A stretch of 40,515 nucleotides of DNA. It comes from an uncultured Candidatus Saccharibacteria bacterium. Lineage in GTDB: Bacteria; Patescibacteriota; Saccharimonadia; Saccharimonadales; Saccharimonadaceae. A program made the position numbers and the translations under genes. Each line of letters begins with the position of its first letter. Within the stretch, counting starts at the first letter, position 1. The DNA lies in NCBI GenBank assembly GCA_964383445.1, contig CAYLGU010000001.1, forward strand, positions 4,492-45,006. Reading direction: 5' to 3'. Of the stretch, positions 32,854 through 40,515 are shown piece by piece. The notes under the pieces are model-generated. The model did no database searches, had not been told where the DNA came from, and worked only from the letters and a program-made list of their open reading frames with translations.

Positions 32854-33453
32854 TTAGAGAACAGATATCAGGACGATAATGATTCCGGCGATCAATACGA
32901 CTCCGGCAACCGCAGCAAGTACGATAGTCAGAGTTTTGTTGTTTTTCTTAGGCTGGGGGGTGGTAACCGCACCGGGAATAGGCGCTGGCTCCGGGGCTGG
33001 GGCTCCTGCCGCTACTGGTGGAGTTTCTGGGGCTGGGGCTTCTGGAGCAGCTTCTGGGGCAGCAGCTATAGCGTCGCCCGTTGGTGATGCAACTTCTTCT
33101 GGGGCAGGGGCGGCCGTATCGGCAGCCTCTGGGGTCGAGGCTTCAGCGACTGGTGCTGATTCAAGTTGGCCAGTGAGGTCAACCTGAGGAGAAGATATGC
33201 TTGGTTCGGAAATTGCGGCATCAAGAGCGGCAGCATCGGCGGCGCTAATTTCTTCTTCTGGGGCAGGAACTGCAGGCTCTGCAGCAGGTGCAGGAGCCGG
33301 AGCCTCTGGCGTGACAGACGGCTCAAGGTCAGTAGCGGGGGTAGGCTCTGGCGTAATATTTTGGGCCTCAGAATTAACTGTAGGGTTGTTTTCTGGCACA
33401 ACAGGGTTGTTCTCTGCTGGATTTGGTCCTAGATTGTTTTCGTCAGGATTCAT
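32854..33453 (-). CDS. Pro/Ala/Glu-rich low-complexity protein with a single C-terminal TM anchor
   Basis: ACGGAGGT SD. The first ~165 aa are acidic P/A/E/T-rich (APAPAPAAEPAVPAPEEE..., APEAAPEAPAPETPP...), followed by KKNNK and the TM helix LTIVLAAVAGVVLIAGIIIVLISVL at the extreme C-terminus. There is no signal peptide. Confidence 0.6.
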   Translation of the reverse strand: MNPDENNLGPNPAENNPVVPENNPTVNSEAQNITPEPTPATDLEPSVTPEAPAPAPAAEPAVPAPEEEISAADAAALDAAISEPSISSPQVDLTGQLESAPVAEASTPEAADTAAPAPEEVASPTGDAIAAAPEAAPEAPAPETPPVAAGAPAPEPAPIPGAVTTPQPKKNNKTLTIVLAAVAGVVLIAGIIIVLISVL

Positions 33454-33500
33454 TGTTTAACCTCCGTTTTTATTATAAAAGATTCCTAATTGTTTTTATT

Positions 33501-34262
33501 TTAACGCTTATGTATAGATATTTCAAGTTTTTTCCAATCATCTAGAGATAAATCTGCTGGGCGCGCGCCTTCTGGAATTTTTAGCTGGGTAAATATCTCG
33601 ATAATTTCTTCGCGAGGAAGCCTAAGGGTGACTGAGAGATTAGTGCTGAGCTTTTTGCGGGGGCTAGAAAAGCCCAATTTGATCAAGGCCATAGTTGATT
33701 CGCCGGCTAGAGGCGTTTCGTAAGGTTCGAAAATTACAACTTGGCTGTCGACCTTGGGGGGAGGGGTAAATTTAGAGCGAAGCACGACAGGGCCGAGGCT
33801 AACCTTTGCATAGATCTGCGCGGATAGACTAAGGATCGAGTGGCGACCAACATCGGCAGCAACGCGCTCGGCAACTTCTTTTTGGATAAGCAGCACCATG
33901 CGCTTGGGGCGATGTTTTGAAGTCAAAAACTTTTGGATAATCGGAGAGGTAATATAATAGGGTACATTTCCGGCTAGGCTGTAATTTTCGGGTAAAACAC
34001 TTTCGTCAAAACTAAGGATATCGGAATTGATGACGTTGAGGTCTTTACCGGGAAAAGAGGCTGGAAGTTTGGCGGCAAGCTCTTGATCAAATTCTACTGC
34101 AATTACTTGGTCAAAATACCTGAATAGAGCGCTGGTCAAAGTTCCGAGGCCGGGGCCAATCTCTAAAATGACATCGCTCGCGCCGCTAGCAAAGGCGGCG
34201 ATTTCGAGCAGAATTTCTCGGTCTTTAAGCCAATGCTGGCCGAGCTGTTTTTTATTCTTCAT
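33501..34262 (-). CDS. rsmA: 16S rRNA (adenine1518/1519-N6)-dimethyltransferase RsmA/KsgA
   Basis: Start moved to ATG 34262 (MKNKKQLGQHWLKD...), which removes the overlap with the upstream gene. SAM motif: ILEIGPGLGTLT. Confidence 0.9.
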   Translation of the reverse strand: MKNKKQLGQHWLKDREILLEIAAFASGASDVILEIGPGLGTLTSALFRYFDQVIAVEFDQELAAKLPASFPGKDLNVINSDILSFDESVLPENYSLAGNVPYYITSPIIQKFLTSKHRPKRMVLLIQKEVAERVAADVGRHSILSLSAQIYAKVSLGPVVLRSKFTPPPKVDSQVVIFEPYETPLAGESTMALIKLGFSSPRKKLSTNLSVTLRLPREEIIEIFTQLKIPEGARPADLSLDDWKKLEISIHKR

Positions 34263-34272
34263 GCTAGGTTGC

Positions 34273-35550
34273 CTACCACCAGCCCTTAGCTTTTTTGAAA
34301 TTATAAGCTTTTTCCCAAGTACCATAGCGGCCAATAGCGTAAGATGCGCACCATTTCATCTGAGTGACGACATTAGTGCGCCAGTCGCTGCCGGCTGAGG
34401 CCATTTTGTTACCTGGAGTAGCCTGGCAAAGGCCATAGCCAACTTCTGAGGAAGATTCTGCGTTGGTAAATTTTTCGTAATAGGTGTCTGCACATTTTCT
34501 GCCTTGCCAACGGATAGGGCACCAACTGGCATTTTCGTGATCAATAATGTAGGTCGCATAGGCAAAGTCCGACTCGGCGACACCAGCGGCCCGCATAATA
34601 GCGATTTTGTCGCCGCCCAAAGTGACGGCTGGGGCGGAACTTTTCGCACCGACAACCTCTATCTGTTCAATGGGTTCCTGGGTGACCATGCTAGCAATTA
34701 AAGTGCGGCTCTGCTCTACGCCGTCCTGCATAAAGATTTCGTAGGTAGTGGTTTTTTTGCCACTAAGTCCTTGCTGAGTAATCGCCTTGTAGCCCGCCGC
34801 GCGGTCATAATCATAAACGGTCTGAGTCGAATAAGGCACGTCTTCCTCTAGAGTAACAGTATTAACGCCTTGTCGATAGATGCCGATTTCGGCGATACCA
34901 ATTAAGCTAGCGGTCGGCGCTAAGGAGAGCCAGTCGGCTTCGGTCAAAACAATATTACGTTCGTCAAGGAGCTCTTGAACAGTGGTGGCTTGCGTATAAA
35001 TTTCGGCATTAGTGCCATAAAAACTAAAATTCAAGGCACGCGCACGCGTCACTTCGTAAACTGGGGCAACGCCAGACTCTAGAAAATTAGTTTGTGTTGT
35101 AATTTTTACAACGTCTTCGGAACGGAGGTCTAGATTGGCAGCCAATGCTACGGCGGAGGGGTCGGTCTGGGCGGTCATGAAGCGAATCTTGCGCAAGCCA
35201 TCAACGATAATCACAGGGCGGGCGCGATAAATGTTGATGCGAAAATTATCTGCCAGAATTTCTTCGTCTAGCGCCGGCTCCACGACGTCGCTGGAGTCCA
35301 CACTAATCTCGGCACGCGCTAAGGCTTCTTGAACTGTAGCGGCGGAGGTCTTGATGGTGATTCTTGCGTTCTTGTCGTAGATAGTCACGAATCGCTCTTC
35401 GCCTTGACCTTCGCTGACGTCTTCGGACTGCCCGCTAGCAAAAACTGGCATAGCGGAAATAGTCAAAGCGGCGACTAGGCCGACAATAGCCAAAACAAGT
35501 AGCGAAATAGAGAGCTTGAACTGAAAAGACTGTTTTCTCATTGTATTCAT
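34273..35550 (-). CDS. RpfB/YabE-like secreted wall protein (DUF348 repeats + G5 + C-terminal lysozyme-like domain)
   Basis: An N-terminal TM or signal segment is followed by repeated VTI..DG....T.A.TV.E.L modules and a G5-like stretch (GLSGKKTTTYEIFMQDGVE). The C-terminus is GYGLCQATPGNKM...RYGTWEKAYNFKKAKGWW. Its position upstream of rsmA mirrors yabE/rpfB-ksgA synteny. Confidence 0.75.
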   Translation of the reverse strand: MNTMRKQSFQFKLSISLLVLAIVGLVAALTISAMPVFASGQSEDVSEGQGEERFVTIYDKNARITIKTSAATVQEALARAEISVDSSDVVEPALDEEILADNFRINIYRARPVIIVDGLRKIRFMTAQTDPSAVALAANLDLRSEDVVKITTQTNFLESGVAPVYEVTRARALNFSFYGTNAEIYTQATTVQELLDERNIVLTEADWLSLAPTASLIGIAEIGIYRQGVNTVTLEEDVPYSTQTVYDYDRAAGYKAITQQGLSGKKTTTYEIFMQDGVEQSRTLIASMVTQEPIEQIEVVGAKSSAPAVTLGGDKIAIMRAAGVAESDFAYATYIIDHENASWCPIRWQGRKCADTYYEKFTNAESSSEVGYGLCQATPGNKMASAGSDWRTNVVTQMKWCASYAIGRYGTWEKAYNFKKAKGWW

Positions 35551-36371
35551 TTTATCACAAATGTATTTTTTTGCATTTGGACTAAGCGACCTTTTGGCAA
35601 ATTGAAAGATTTGCCGTTAGCGTAGTGGCGGATAGCGGCTAAAAAATCTTGGCGTTGAGGGCGAGTGGTCGAGACGCCGGCATACGAAAGTATCTTGCGC
35701 AGAATTTCTAAAGCAGCGGCGTCATCTAAATCTTTATAAAATTTTCGCTGATAGACTCGACCGTCGGAGGCAATGAGCTCAAGAATCTGATCAATTTCGA
35801 CTTTTAATTCTTTCTGGCGGACATAGGAGGCTAATAGTGAATTTACATCTATTGGTGTAGCTGTTAAATACGCCCGGATACGATTGCGCAGATAGAGGTC
35901 GCTGGTATTACTGGGGTCCTGGCGAAAATTTAATTGATGCTTTGCGGCGTAACAGAAGATATCTTTTTTAGTCTTGCCGATAAGCGGTCGACAGATATTA
36001 GGGTTATCTAGGGGAACGAGGCCACGCCAGCCCGTACCGCGCAGCAGATTGATAATAATAGACTCGACTAGATCATCTTGGTGATGAGCGGTGTAGATTT
36101 TACCCTGATATTTTTGAGCGACACTTTGCAAAAAATCGTAACGACGCTCGCGAGCAAGAGCCTCTGAGCAATTTGGGCCTAGATTGTCATGGCGCGAAAT
36201 AAATGGCATTCCGTATTTTACAGCAAGAGCTTGCACGAAATCATGGTCCTGACGGGAGTTTGAGCGAATGCCATGGTCAAAATGAGCAACAATAGCTTGT
36301 TCGTCGTTGCGAAACCGGTGAAGCATGACGACAGAGTCGATGCCGCCTGAAATTGCGAGGATTTTATGCAT
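35547..36371 (-). CDS. tilS: tRNA(Ile)-lysidine synthase
   Basis: PP-loop AISGGIDSVV. ATGA overlap with the downstream gene. TAAAAT lies 8 nt upstream of the ATG. Confidence 0.85.
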   Translation of the reverse strand: MHKILAISGGIDSVVMLHRFRNDEQAIVAHFDHGIRSNSRQDHDFVQALAVKYGMPFISRHDNLGPNCSEALARERRYDFLQSVAQKYQGKIYTAHHQDDLVESIIINLLRGTGWRGLVPLDNPNICRPLIGKTKKDIFCYAAKHQLNFRQDPSNTSDLYLRNRIRAYLTATPIDVNSLLASYVRQKELKVEIDQILELIASDGRVYQRKFYKDLDDAAALEILRKILSYAGVSTTRPQRQDFLAAIRHYANGKSFNLPKGRLVQMQKNTFVIK

Positions 36372-36408
36372 ATGCTACAATTTTAGCGTAATAGGACGGT
36401 AAAGAAAA

Positions 36409-37014
36409 ATGCTAAAGCTTGGCTCTGAATTACTGCGCTTCCCTGTACTTAGTTTGCATGTGGGCGGAGAAATAGCAAAAACAACAGCTGCTGTAATACG
36501 CCCAGAAGATTTGAAGGCGGTTGCATATACTTTGACTGGCCCAGGGGCAGGAGGAGAGCATGGCGACATCTTGTTGACCGACGACGTACGCGAGCTCAGC
36601 CAGAAGGGGTTGATTATAGATTCGGCAGATAATTTCGCTTTGAGAGATGAGGTGGTCTGGCTAGACAAGTTGATGGGGTTGAATTTTGAGTTGGTCGGAC
36701 TAAAAGTCGTGAGCGAGGACGGAAAAAATCTTGGCAAAGTTTCTGACTATACCTTAGACACGCAAAATTTCACGGTTTACCAAATAATCGTGCAGCGTCC
36801 TGTCGTAAAATCATTGATCGATCCAGAACTGACGATTAACCGTTCGCAAATTATGGAGATTGATGATTATAAAATTACGATTCGCAATGAGCACGAGGAA
36901 GTCGAAGTAAAGGAAGAGAAGGTCGAATTCCAACCTAACTTTGTGAACCCGTTTCGAGAACCGCAGTTTTCGCCGATTCGAGATCGAAACCGTGACGAAG
37001 TAGATACTGAATAA
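36409..37014 (+). CDS. PRC-barrel domain protein (two repeats)
   Basis: MLKLGSELLRFPVLSLHVGGEIAKTTAAVI... and LVGLKVVSEDGKNLGKVSDYTLD resemble PRC-barrel (YlmC/YmxH-like) modules. TGCTACAAT lies at 36373..36381. Confidence 0.6.
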   Translation: MLKLGSELLRFPVLSLHVGGEIAKTTAAVIRPEDLKAVAYTLTGPGAGGEHGDILLTDDVRELSQKGLIIDSADNFALRDEVVWLDKLMGLNFELVGLKVVSEDGKNLGKVSDYTLDTQNFTVYQIIVQRPVVKSLIDPELTINRSQIMEIDDYKITIRNEHEEVEVKEEKVEFQPNFVNPFREPQFSPIRDRNRDEVDTE

Positions 37015-37696
37015 GTTTTTGGTCATCGTATTTATGGCGTTTTTTAGCGATGATTTTTTGGATTTCTTGCATTTCGTTGCGTGGCGAGCTACTTAGAGCT
37101 TGCTCAATTTCTTCGGGACTAATACCTTTTTTGCGTAATTCTATGGTGATTTTTTTGCGGCTGATACCTTGGCGACTTTTGCGATTTTCGACCCAAAATT
37201 GCACGAACTTAGAATCGTTGACATATTCTTTTTGAATTAAACGCTCGAGTACGGGAGAAAGGAGCGATTTATCGTAGCCTGATTTAATTTTGGTTTCGTA
37301 TTCCCCGGTTTTTTTGTTTTGGATGCGTACAGGCTTGTCATAGGTAGTTTTGATAAGGTAGTCGCGCATTTCCTGCACGGAACGAGGGCGAGTGAGGGCA
37401 TATTTGAGTGCACGAATATAGAGTTTGCCAAAATTTGAGGCCTGCTTTAGGGCATCTTTTTCTTGGAGATTGAGTTTGGTGCCGATTTTTAGCTTCAAAT
37501 CGGCAAGCTGGGCGATGTCTAGGGAACAAAAAAACTTATCGTCCAAAAAGACGTTGACGCGATTTTTATCTTTAACTGCTTCAGATATTTTAGTAACTAG
37601 AAAAGTATGGGGAGCGTTTAGATCCCCCTTGTCGTCTAGATTAGCATAAACGTCATTATTTGTCAAGTCGTCTGGAGTGATCTGGGTAATTTGCAT
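36935..37696 (-). CDS. recX: recombination regulator RecX
   Basis: It sits immediately downstream of recA. Helical-repeat sequence: ...ALTRPRSVQEMRDYLIKT..., ...KFVQFWVENR..., ...LIQYLLRHGFDLE. Confidence 0.8.
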   Translation of the reverse strand: MQITQITPDDLTNNDVYANLDDKGDLNAPHTFLVTKISEAVKDKNRVNVFLDDKFFCSLDIAQLADLKLKIGTKLNLQEKDALKQASNFGKLYIRALKYALTRPRSVQEMRDYLIKTTYDKPVRIQNKKTGEYETKIKSGYDKSLLSPVLERLIQKEYVNDSKFVQFWVENRKSRQGISRKKITIELRKKGISPEEIEQALSSSPRNEMQEIQKIIAKKRHKYDDQKLIQYLLRHGFDLESAKTAVLETGSQS

Positions 37697-37718
37697 GGTT
37701 CGAACGGGGCCTGAAATC

Positions 37719-38765
37719 TTACTCTTCTACTTGGGGAGCGGCCTTGTCACGGACAAGTTTTTCGATTTTTGCCATAAGTTCCGGCTTCTCTTTAAAGAGG
37801 CGCTTGACCGCTTCTCTACCCTGACCTAGAGTTTCGCCGTCTAGCTTGAGGAAGGCGCCAGCCTTTTCGATAATGCCGGTGGCGACGGCAAGATCCAAGA
37901 TGTCGCCAGTTTTGCTAATACCTTCGTTATACATAATGTCAAACTCGGCGGTACGGAAAGGCGCAGCAATTTTGTTTTTAACAACTTTGATTTTGGTGCG
38001 GTTGCCGGAGATATTCTCGCCGTCCTTGATTTGTCCGATGCGGCGGATATCGATACGAACGGAGGCGTAGAATTTGAGTGCGTTGCCGCCGGTGGTAGTT
38101 TCTGGGTTACCAAACATCACGCCAATTTTCATACGAATTTGGTTGATGAAAATGACCGTGGCTTTGCTCTTGCTAATGATGCCGGTGAGTTTGCGCATGG
38201 CTTGCGACATCAAGCGAGCCTGTAAACCCATTTGGGCGTCGCCCATATCGCCGTCAATCTCAGCCTGAGGGACGAGAGCGGCTACGGAGTCGACCACAAT
38301 AAGGTCGACGGCGCCACTGCGAACTAGGGTTTCGCAGATTTCTAGGGCCTGCTCGCCATTATCTGGTTGAGAAATTAGTAAATCTGCCGTATTGACGCCA
38401 ATTTTACGGGCGTAGGCCGGATCAAGTGCATGCTCGGCATCAATAAATGCGGCCTGCCCACCTTGTTTTTGAATTTCAGCTAAGGCATGTAAGGCTAGCG
38501 TAGTTTTGCCGGATGATTCTGGGCCGTAAATTTCAATAATACGCCCTTTTGGATAACCGCCGCCGAGAGCGAGGTCCAAAGATAGTGAACCGGAAGGTAA
38601 AAGCTCTACATCGATTTTGCTCTGCTCGCCGAGCTTCATGATTGAGCCGTCACCGAATTGTTTTGTGATTTGAGATAGAGCAAGGTCTAACGCCTGCTTT
38701 TTTGCGTCGCTTTGCTTGCTTGTTTTTGCGTTTGCGCCCACCACTTCCTGACTCTTTTTGGCCAT
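37719..38765 (-). CDS. recA: recombinase RecA
   Basis: [20 protein letters not shown] (Walker A), [11 protein letters not shown] and [20 protein letters not shown]. Confidence 0.98.
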   Translation of the reverse strand: MAKKSQEVVGANAKTSKQSDAKKQALDLALSQITKQFGDGSIMKLGEQSKIDVELLPSGSLSLDLALGGGYPKGRIIEIYGPESSGKTTLALHALAEIQKQGGQAAFIDAEHALDPAYARKIGVNTADLLISQPDNGEQALEICETLVRSGAVDLIVVDSVAALVPQAEIDGDMGDAQMGLQARLMSQAMRKLTGIISKSKATVIFINQIRMKIGVMFGNPETTTGGNALKFYASVRIDIRRIGQIKDGENISGNRTKIKVVKNKIAAPFRTAEFDIMYNEGISKTGDILDLAVATGIIEKAGAFLKLDGETLGQGREAVKRLFKEKPELMAKIEKLVRDKAAPQVEE

Positions 38766-38874
38766 AACAGTTGTCCTCCTTTTGATCGCTTATGTTATTA
38801 GTTTAGCACATAACCCCTGGTATGCTGCGACTATCTAACAATAACTGCGGACGATATTAAAACGTAAGTAGAAT

Positions 38875-39270
38875 TTAAATTGCGAAGGGCAAGGCTGGGC
38901 GTTTGGAATAGCGATAGCTACTAGCCCGCTTGAGGGCTGGGAGTTCGGCAAAGAAATAACGAATTAACGTCTCGATACGATCACGGTGCTCATGCGGCAC
39001 AAATTTAGTTGAATTTTTGTCCATATATTTTATATTTATCGGAGATATAAAATCAATTTCACCGGTAGTCAAGTCCATGCCGACGCCAAAAATGTTAAAA
39101 ATAAAGCACTTTTCATTGAAAAGTGCTTGCTTGAGCGAGGCGACATGCTCGTCGCCACTGGCGATAATCCCCCTAACGACGTCTATTGCTATCCAGATAT
39201 AGCCGTCTAGTTCTTGACAGATAGTTTTTAGTTCTTTTTTGGAAAAATTAATTTTTTTCGTAATGAGCAT
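38875..39270 (-). CDS. hypothetical protein
   Basis: 131-aa ORF with GAGGAGAG upstream. No family recognised with confidence. Confidence 0.55.
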   Translation of the reverse strand: MLITKKINFSKKELKTICQELDGYIWIAIDVVRGIIASGDEHVASLKQALFNEKCFIFNIFGVGMDLTTGEIDFISPINIKYMDKNSTKFVPHEHRDRIETLIRYFFAELPALKRASSYRYSKRPALPFAI

Positions 39271-39376
39271 AGAACACTCTCCTCGCGACCTTTTATAAAT
39301 CGCTAGTTATTTTATAATTTGCCAAAAAAATACCATTTAATTACTATGATTAAAACCATAAGTGGTGAGATTATTT

Positions 39377-39403
39377 TTGACATAAAACGCAAGATGATAT
39401 AAT
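39377..39403 (+). promoter_or_regulatory. promoter TTGACA-15-(TGa)TATAAT; -10 ends 9 nt before ATG 39413
   Basis: Sequence ttgaca-taaaacgcaagatga-tataat-agggttatt-ATG. Confidence 0.4.
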
Positions 39404-39412
39404 AGGGTTATT

Positions 39413-40054
39413 ATGTCGCAGTTGTTTTCTAAAATTATGCAGAAACTAGTGCGTTACTTTGACCCAAAACTTGAAAAATATCGTCCAAAAAAGGCCAAAG
39501 CAGAAAAGTACACGCCAAAAAGCCAGAAGGAGCTGATTGAGCTTTTGGCGCGAACTCCAATTGAAGCCCTGAACAAGCAGGAGCGCGCGACAATCACAGG
39601 GGTCATGGGGATGGGTGGACGCAAGGTGCAAAGTATCATGCTTGCCAAGGAAAAAATGGTATTTGTGCACGAAAATGAGTTTTTGGGCCCTTTACTGCTC
39701 GATGAATTATATAAATCTGGTTTTGAGCATTTTCCGGCTTTGGGGGCGAGCGGAAGGATTACCGGCTTGATACATATGCGCGACTTGAATAAAATTAACC
39801 AGTTAGACGGGCAAGATCGCGTACGAAAGTATCTAGACGAGGATATTTATTATATTCGAGAAGACAATAGCTTAGAGCAAGCATTGGCGGCTTTCATACG
39901 TACGAATTGTCATTTTTTTATCGTAATAAATCGTACGGGAAACCCGGTGGGTTTGTTGGAATTTGCGGTTTTGATGCGGGCGGTCTTAGGGAGAGAAATT
40001 AGCGACGACTTCAACGGAGACCTGAATATCGCACAAGTTGTAGCGAGAAAATAA
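39413..40054 (+). CDS. CBS-pair domain protein (CorC/HlyC-like core without a transporter domain)
   Basis: GRKVQSIMLAKEKMVFV...FPALGASGRITGLIHMRDL and YYIREDNSLEQALAAFIRTNCHFFIVINRTGNPVGLLEFAVLMRAVLG look like two CBS motifs. Confidence 0.65.
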   Translation: MSQLFSKIMQKLVRYFDPKLEKYRPKKAKAEKYTPKSQKELIELLARTPIEALNKQERATITGVMGMGGRKVQSIMLAKEKMVFVHENEFLGPLLLDELYKSGFEHFPALGASGRITGLIHMRDLNKINQLDGQDRVRKYLDEDIYYIREDNSLEQALAAFIRTNCHFFIVINRTGNPVGLLEFAVLMRAVLGREISDDFNGDLNIAQVVARK

Positions 40055-40064
40055 ATTAGCACTC

Positions 40065-40093
40065 TTGACCCCTAGACTGCTAAGTAATATAAT
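40065..40093 (+). promoter_or_regulatory. promoter TTGACC-17-TATAAT; -10 ends 6 nt before the dnaJ ATG
   Basis: Sequence ttgacc-cctagactgctaagtaa-tataat-gctttt-ATG(40100). No SD is present. Confidence 0.6.
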
Positions 40094-40099
40094 GCTTTT

Positions 40100-40515
40100 A
40101 TGTCTAAAAGAGATTACTATGAAGTCTTAGGGGTTGCAAAATCGGCGTCGGAAGACGAGATTAAGAAGGCCTATCGCAAATTGGCAGTAAAATATCACCC
40201 TGACAAAAATCCGGGGGACAAAGCAGCCGAAGAAAAATTTAAAGAAGCGAGCGAGGCTTATGAAGTTTTGAGCGATAAGCAAAAACGCGGGCGCTACGAC
40301 CAATTTGGCCATGCTGGAGTGGGCGGAGCCGGGGCTGCCGGAGGAAATCCTTTTGGCGGCGGAGCAAGTGGGTTTAACTTTAATGGGCAATCTTTTAATT
40401 TTGATTTTGGCGGGGGCGGGTTTGACGACATTTTGGGGGATCTGTTTGGTTTTGGACCGCGTACGAGGCGACCAGTAAAGGGGCGCGATTTGCAAGTGCA
40501 GATTGTGATTGACTT
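40100..40515 (+). CDS. dnaJ: chaperone DnaJ (5' part; continues beyond the window)
   Basis: J domain [36 protein letters not shown], followed by a G/F-rich linker. Confidence 0.95.
   Translation, partial: MSKRDYYEVLGVAKSASEDEIKKAYRKLAVKYHPDKNPGDKAAEEKFKEASEAYEVLSDKQKRGRYDQFGHAGVGGAGAAGGNPFGGGASGFNFNGQSFNFDFGGGGFDDILGDLFGFGPRTRRPVKGRDLQVQIVID

Noticed and set aside
32879-33460. Several + strand ORFs (32879..33187, 33166..33432, 33197..33460) and the - strand alternative frame 33066..33401 over the P/A/E-rich gene.
   Set aside because: The GC-rich, repeat-like composition keeps several frames open. Only the 32854..33453 (-) frame has a strong SD, a TATAAT box and a terminal TM helix. The real gene still needs expression evidence.
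36375-36737. 120-aa - strand ORF opposite the start of the PRC-barrel gene.
   Set aside because: The + strand frame gives recognisable PRC-barrel repeats, while the - strand product is S/P/T-rich low complexity. tilS already ends its transcription unit at 36371.
38766-38874. LexA/SOS operator upstream of recA.
   Set aside because: I could not find a convincing palindrome of the CGAAC-N4-GTTCG or CTGT-N8-ACAG types in the 109-nt upstream region. Only an ATGTGCTAAACT -10-like box and a strong SD are present.
40127-40495. 122-aa - strand ORF at the right edge.
   Set aside because: It is antisense to the textbook DnaJ J-domain and G/F region.
1-40515. Alternative genetic code (UGA reassigned, as in some CPR lineages or Mollicutes).
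   Set aside because: TGA terminates well-conserved genes at the expected ends, with ATGA overlaps at gatC/gatA, tsaE/tsaB and tilS/next gene. No conserved protein shows in-frame TGA.
1-40515. CRISPR arrays, transposases or integrases, prophage genes, and classical defence systems (RM, TA pairs, Cas and similar).
   Set aside because: No regularly spaced direct repeats were seen, and no recombinase, nuclease, helicase or ATPase operons were recognised. The only tRNA-adjacent repeat has no integrase nearby.

Overview
The window reads as a gene-dense chromosomal segment with about 40 CDS, 4 tRNAs and mostly short intergenic gaps. It appears to come from a small-genome bacterium with a Gram-positive-type envelope. 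Gene content points to a Patescibacteria/CPR, Saccharibacteria-like lineage: gatCAB, a half-size TsaB, a short ComEC, many small membrane proteins and no mobile-element genes. That placement is inference only and needs a database search. TGA acts as a stop codon (ATGA overlaps at gatC/gatA, tsaE/tsaB and tilS/next gene), so the standard bacterial code applies. Recognisable housekeeping genes are gatC-gatA-(orphan)-gatB, galU-like, murJ, ftsH, rny, tsaE/tsaB, comEC, metG, rsmA(ksgA), tilS, recX-recA and the dnaJ 5' end. There is a tRNA-Lys and all three tRNA-Pro isoacceptors. The window is rich in envelope functions: MurA-like, MurJ, GalU-like, a GT-C/ArnT-like glycosyltransferase, an LtaS-like sulfatase, a DedA/TVP38 protein, an RpfB/YabE-like protein and an SLH-like surface protein. 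No CRISPR array, integrase, transposase or recognisable defence operon is present. The items most worth follow-up are listed here. (1) A minus-strand envelope module at 12.1-18.0 kb holds a 1019-aa orphan polytopic membrane protein and a secreted three-domain (lysozyme + SGNH esterase + papain-like peptidase) wall hydrolase, each preceded by a copy of the same ~30-nt promoter cassette. (2) An XRE-type HTH domain is fused to a MurA-like enolpyruvyl transferase. (3) A membrane-anchored ORF with a HEPN/HepT-like RNxxxH motif is translationally wedged between gatA and gatB. (4) A (TGn)TAnnnT -10 box recurs 6-10 nt upstream of ATG, implying widespread leaderless mRNAs. (5) A decayed patch around the tRNA-Pro cluster contains a tRNA-Pro 5'-half duplicate and CDF and ABC gene remnants. 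All functional calls come from motif recognition by eye; no searches were run.
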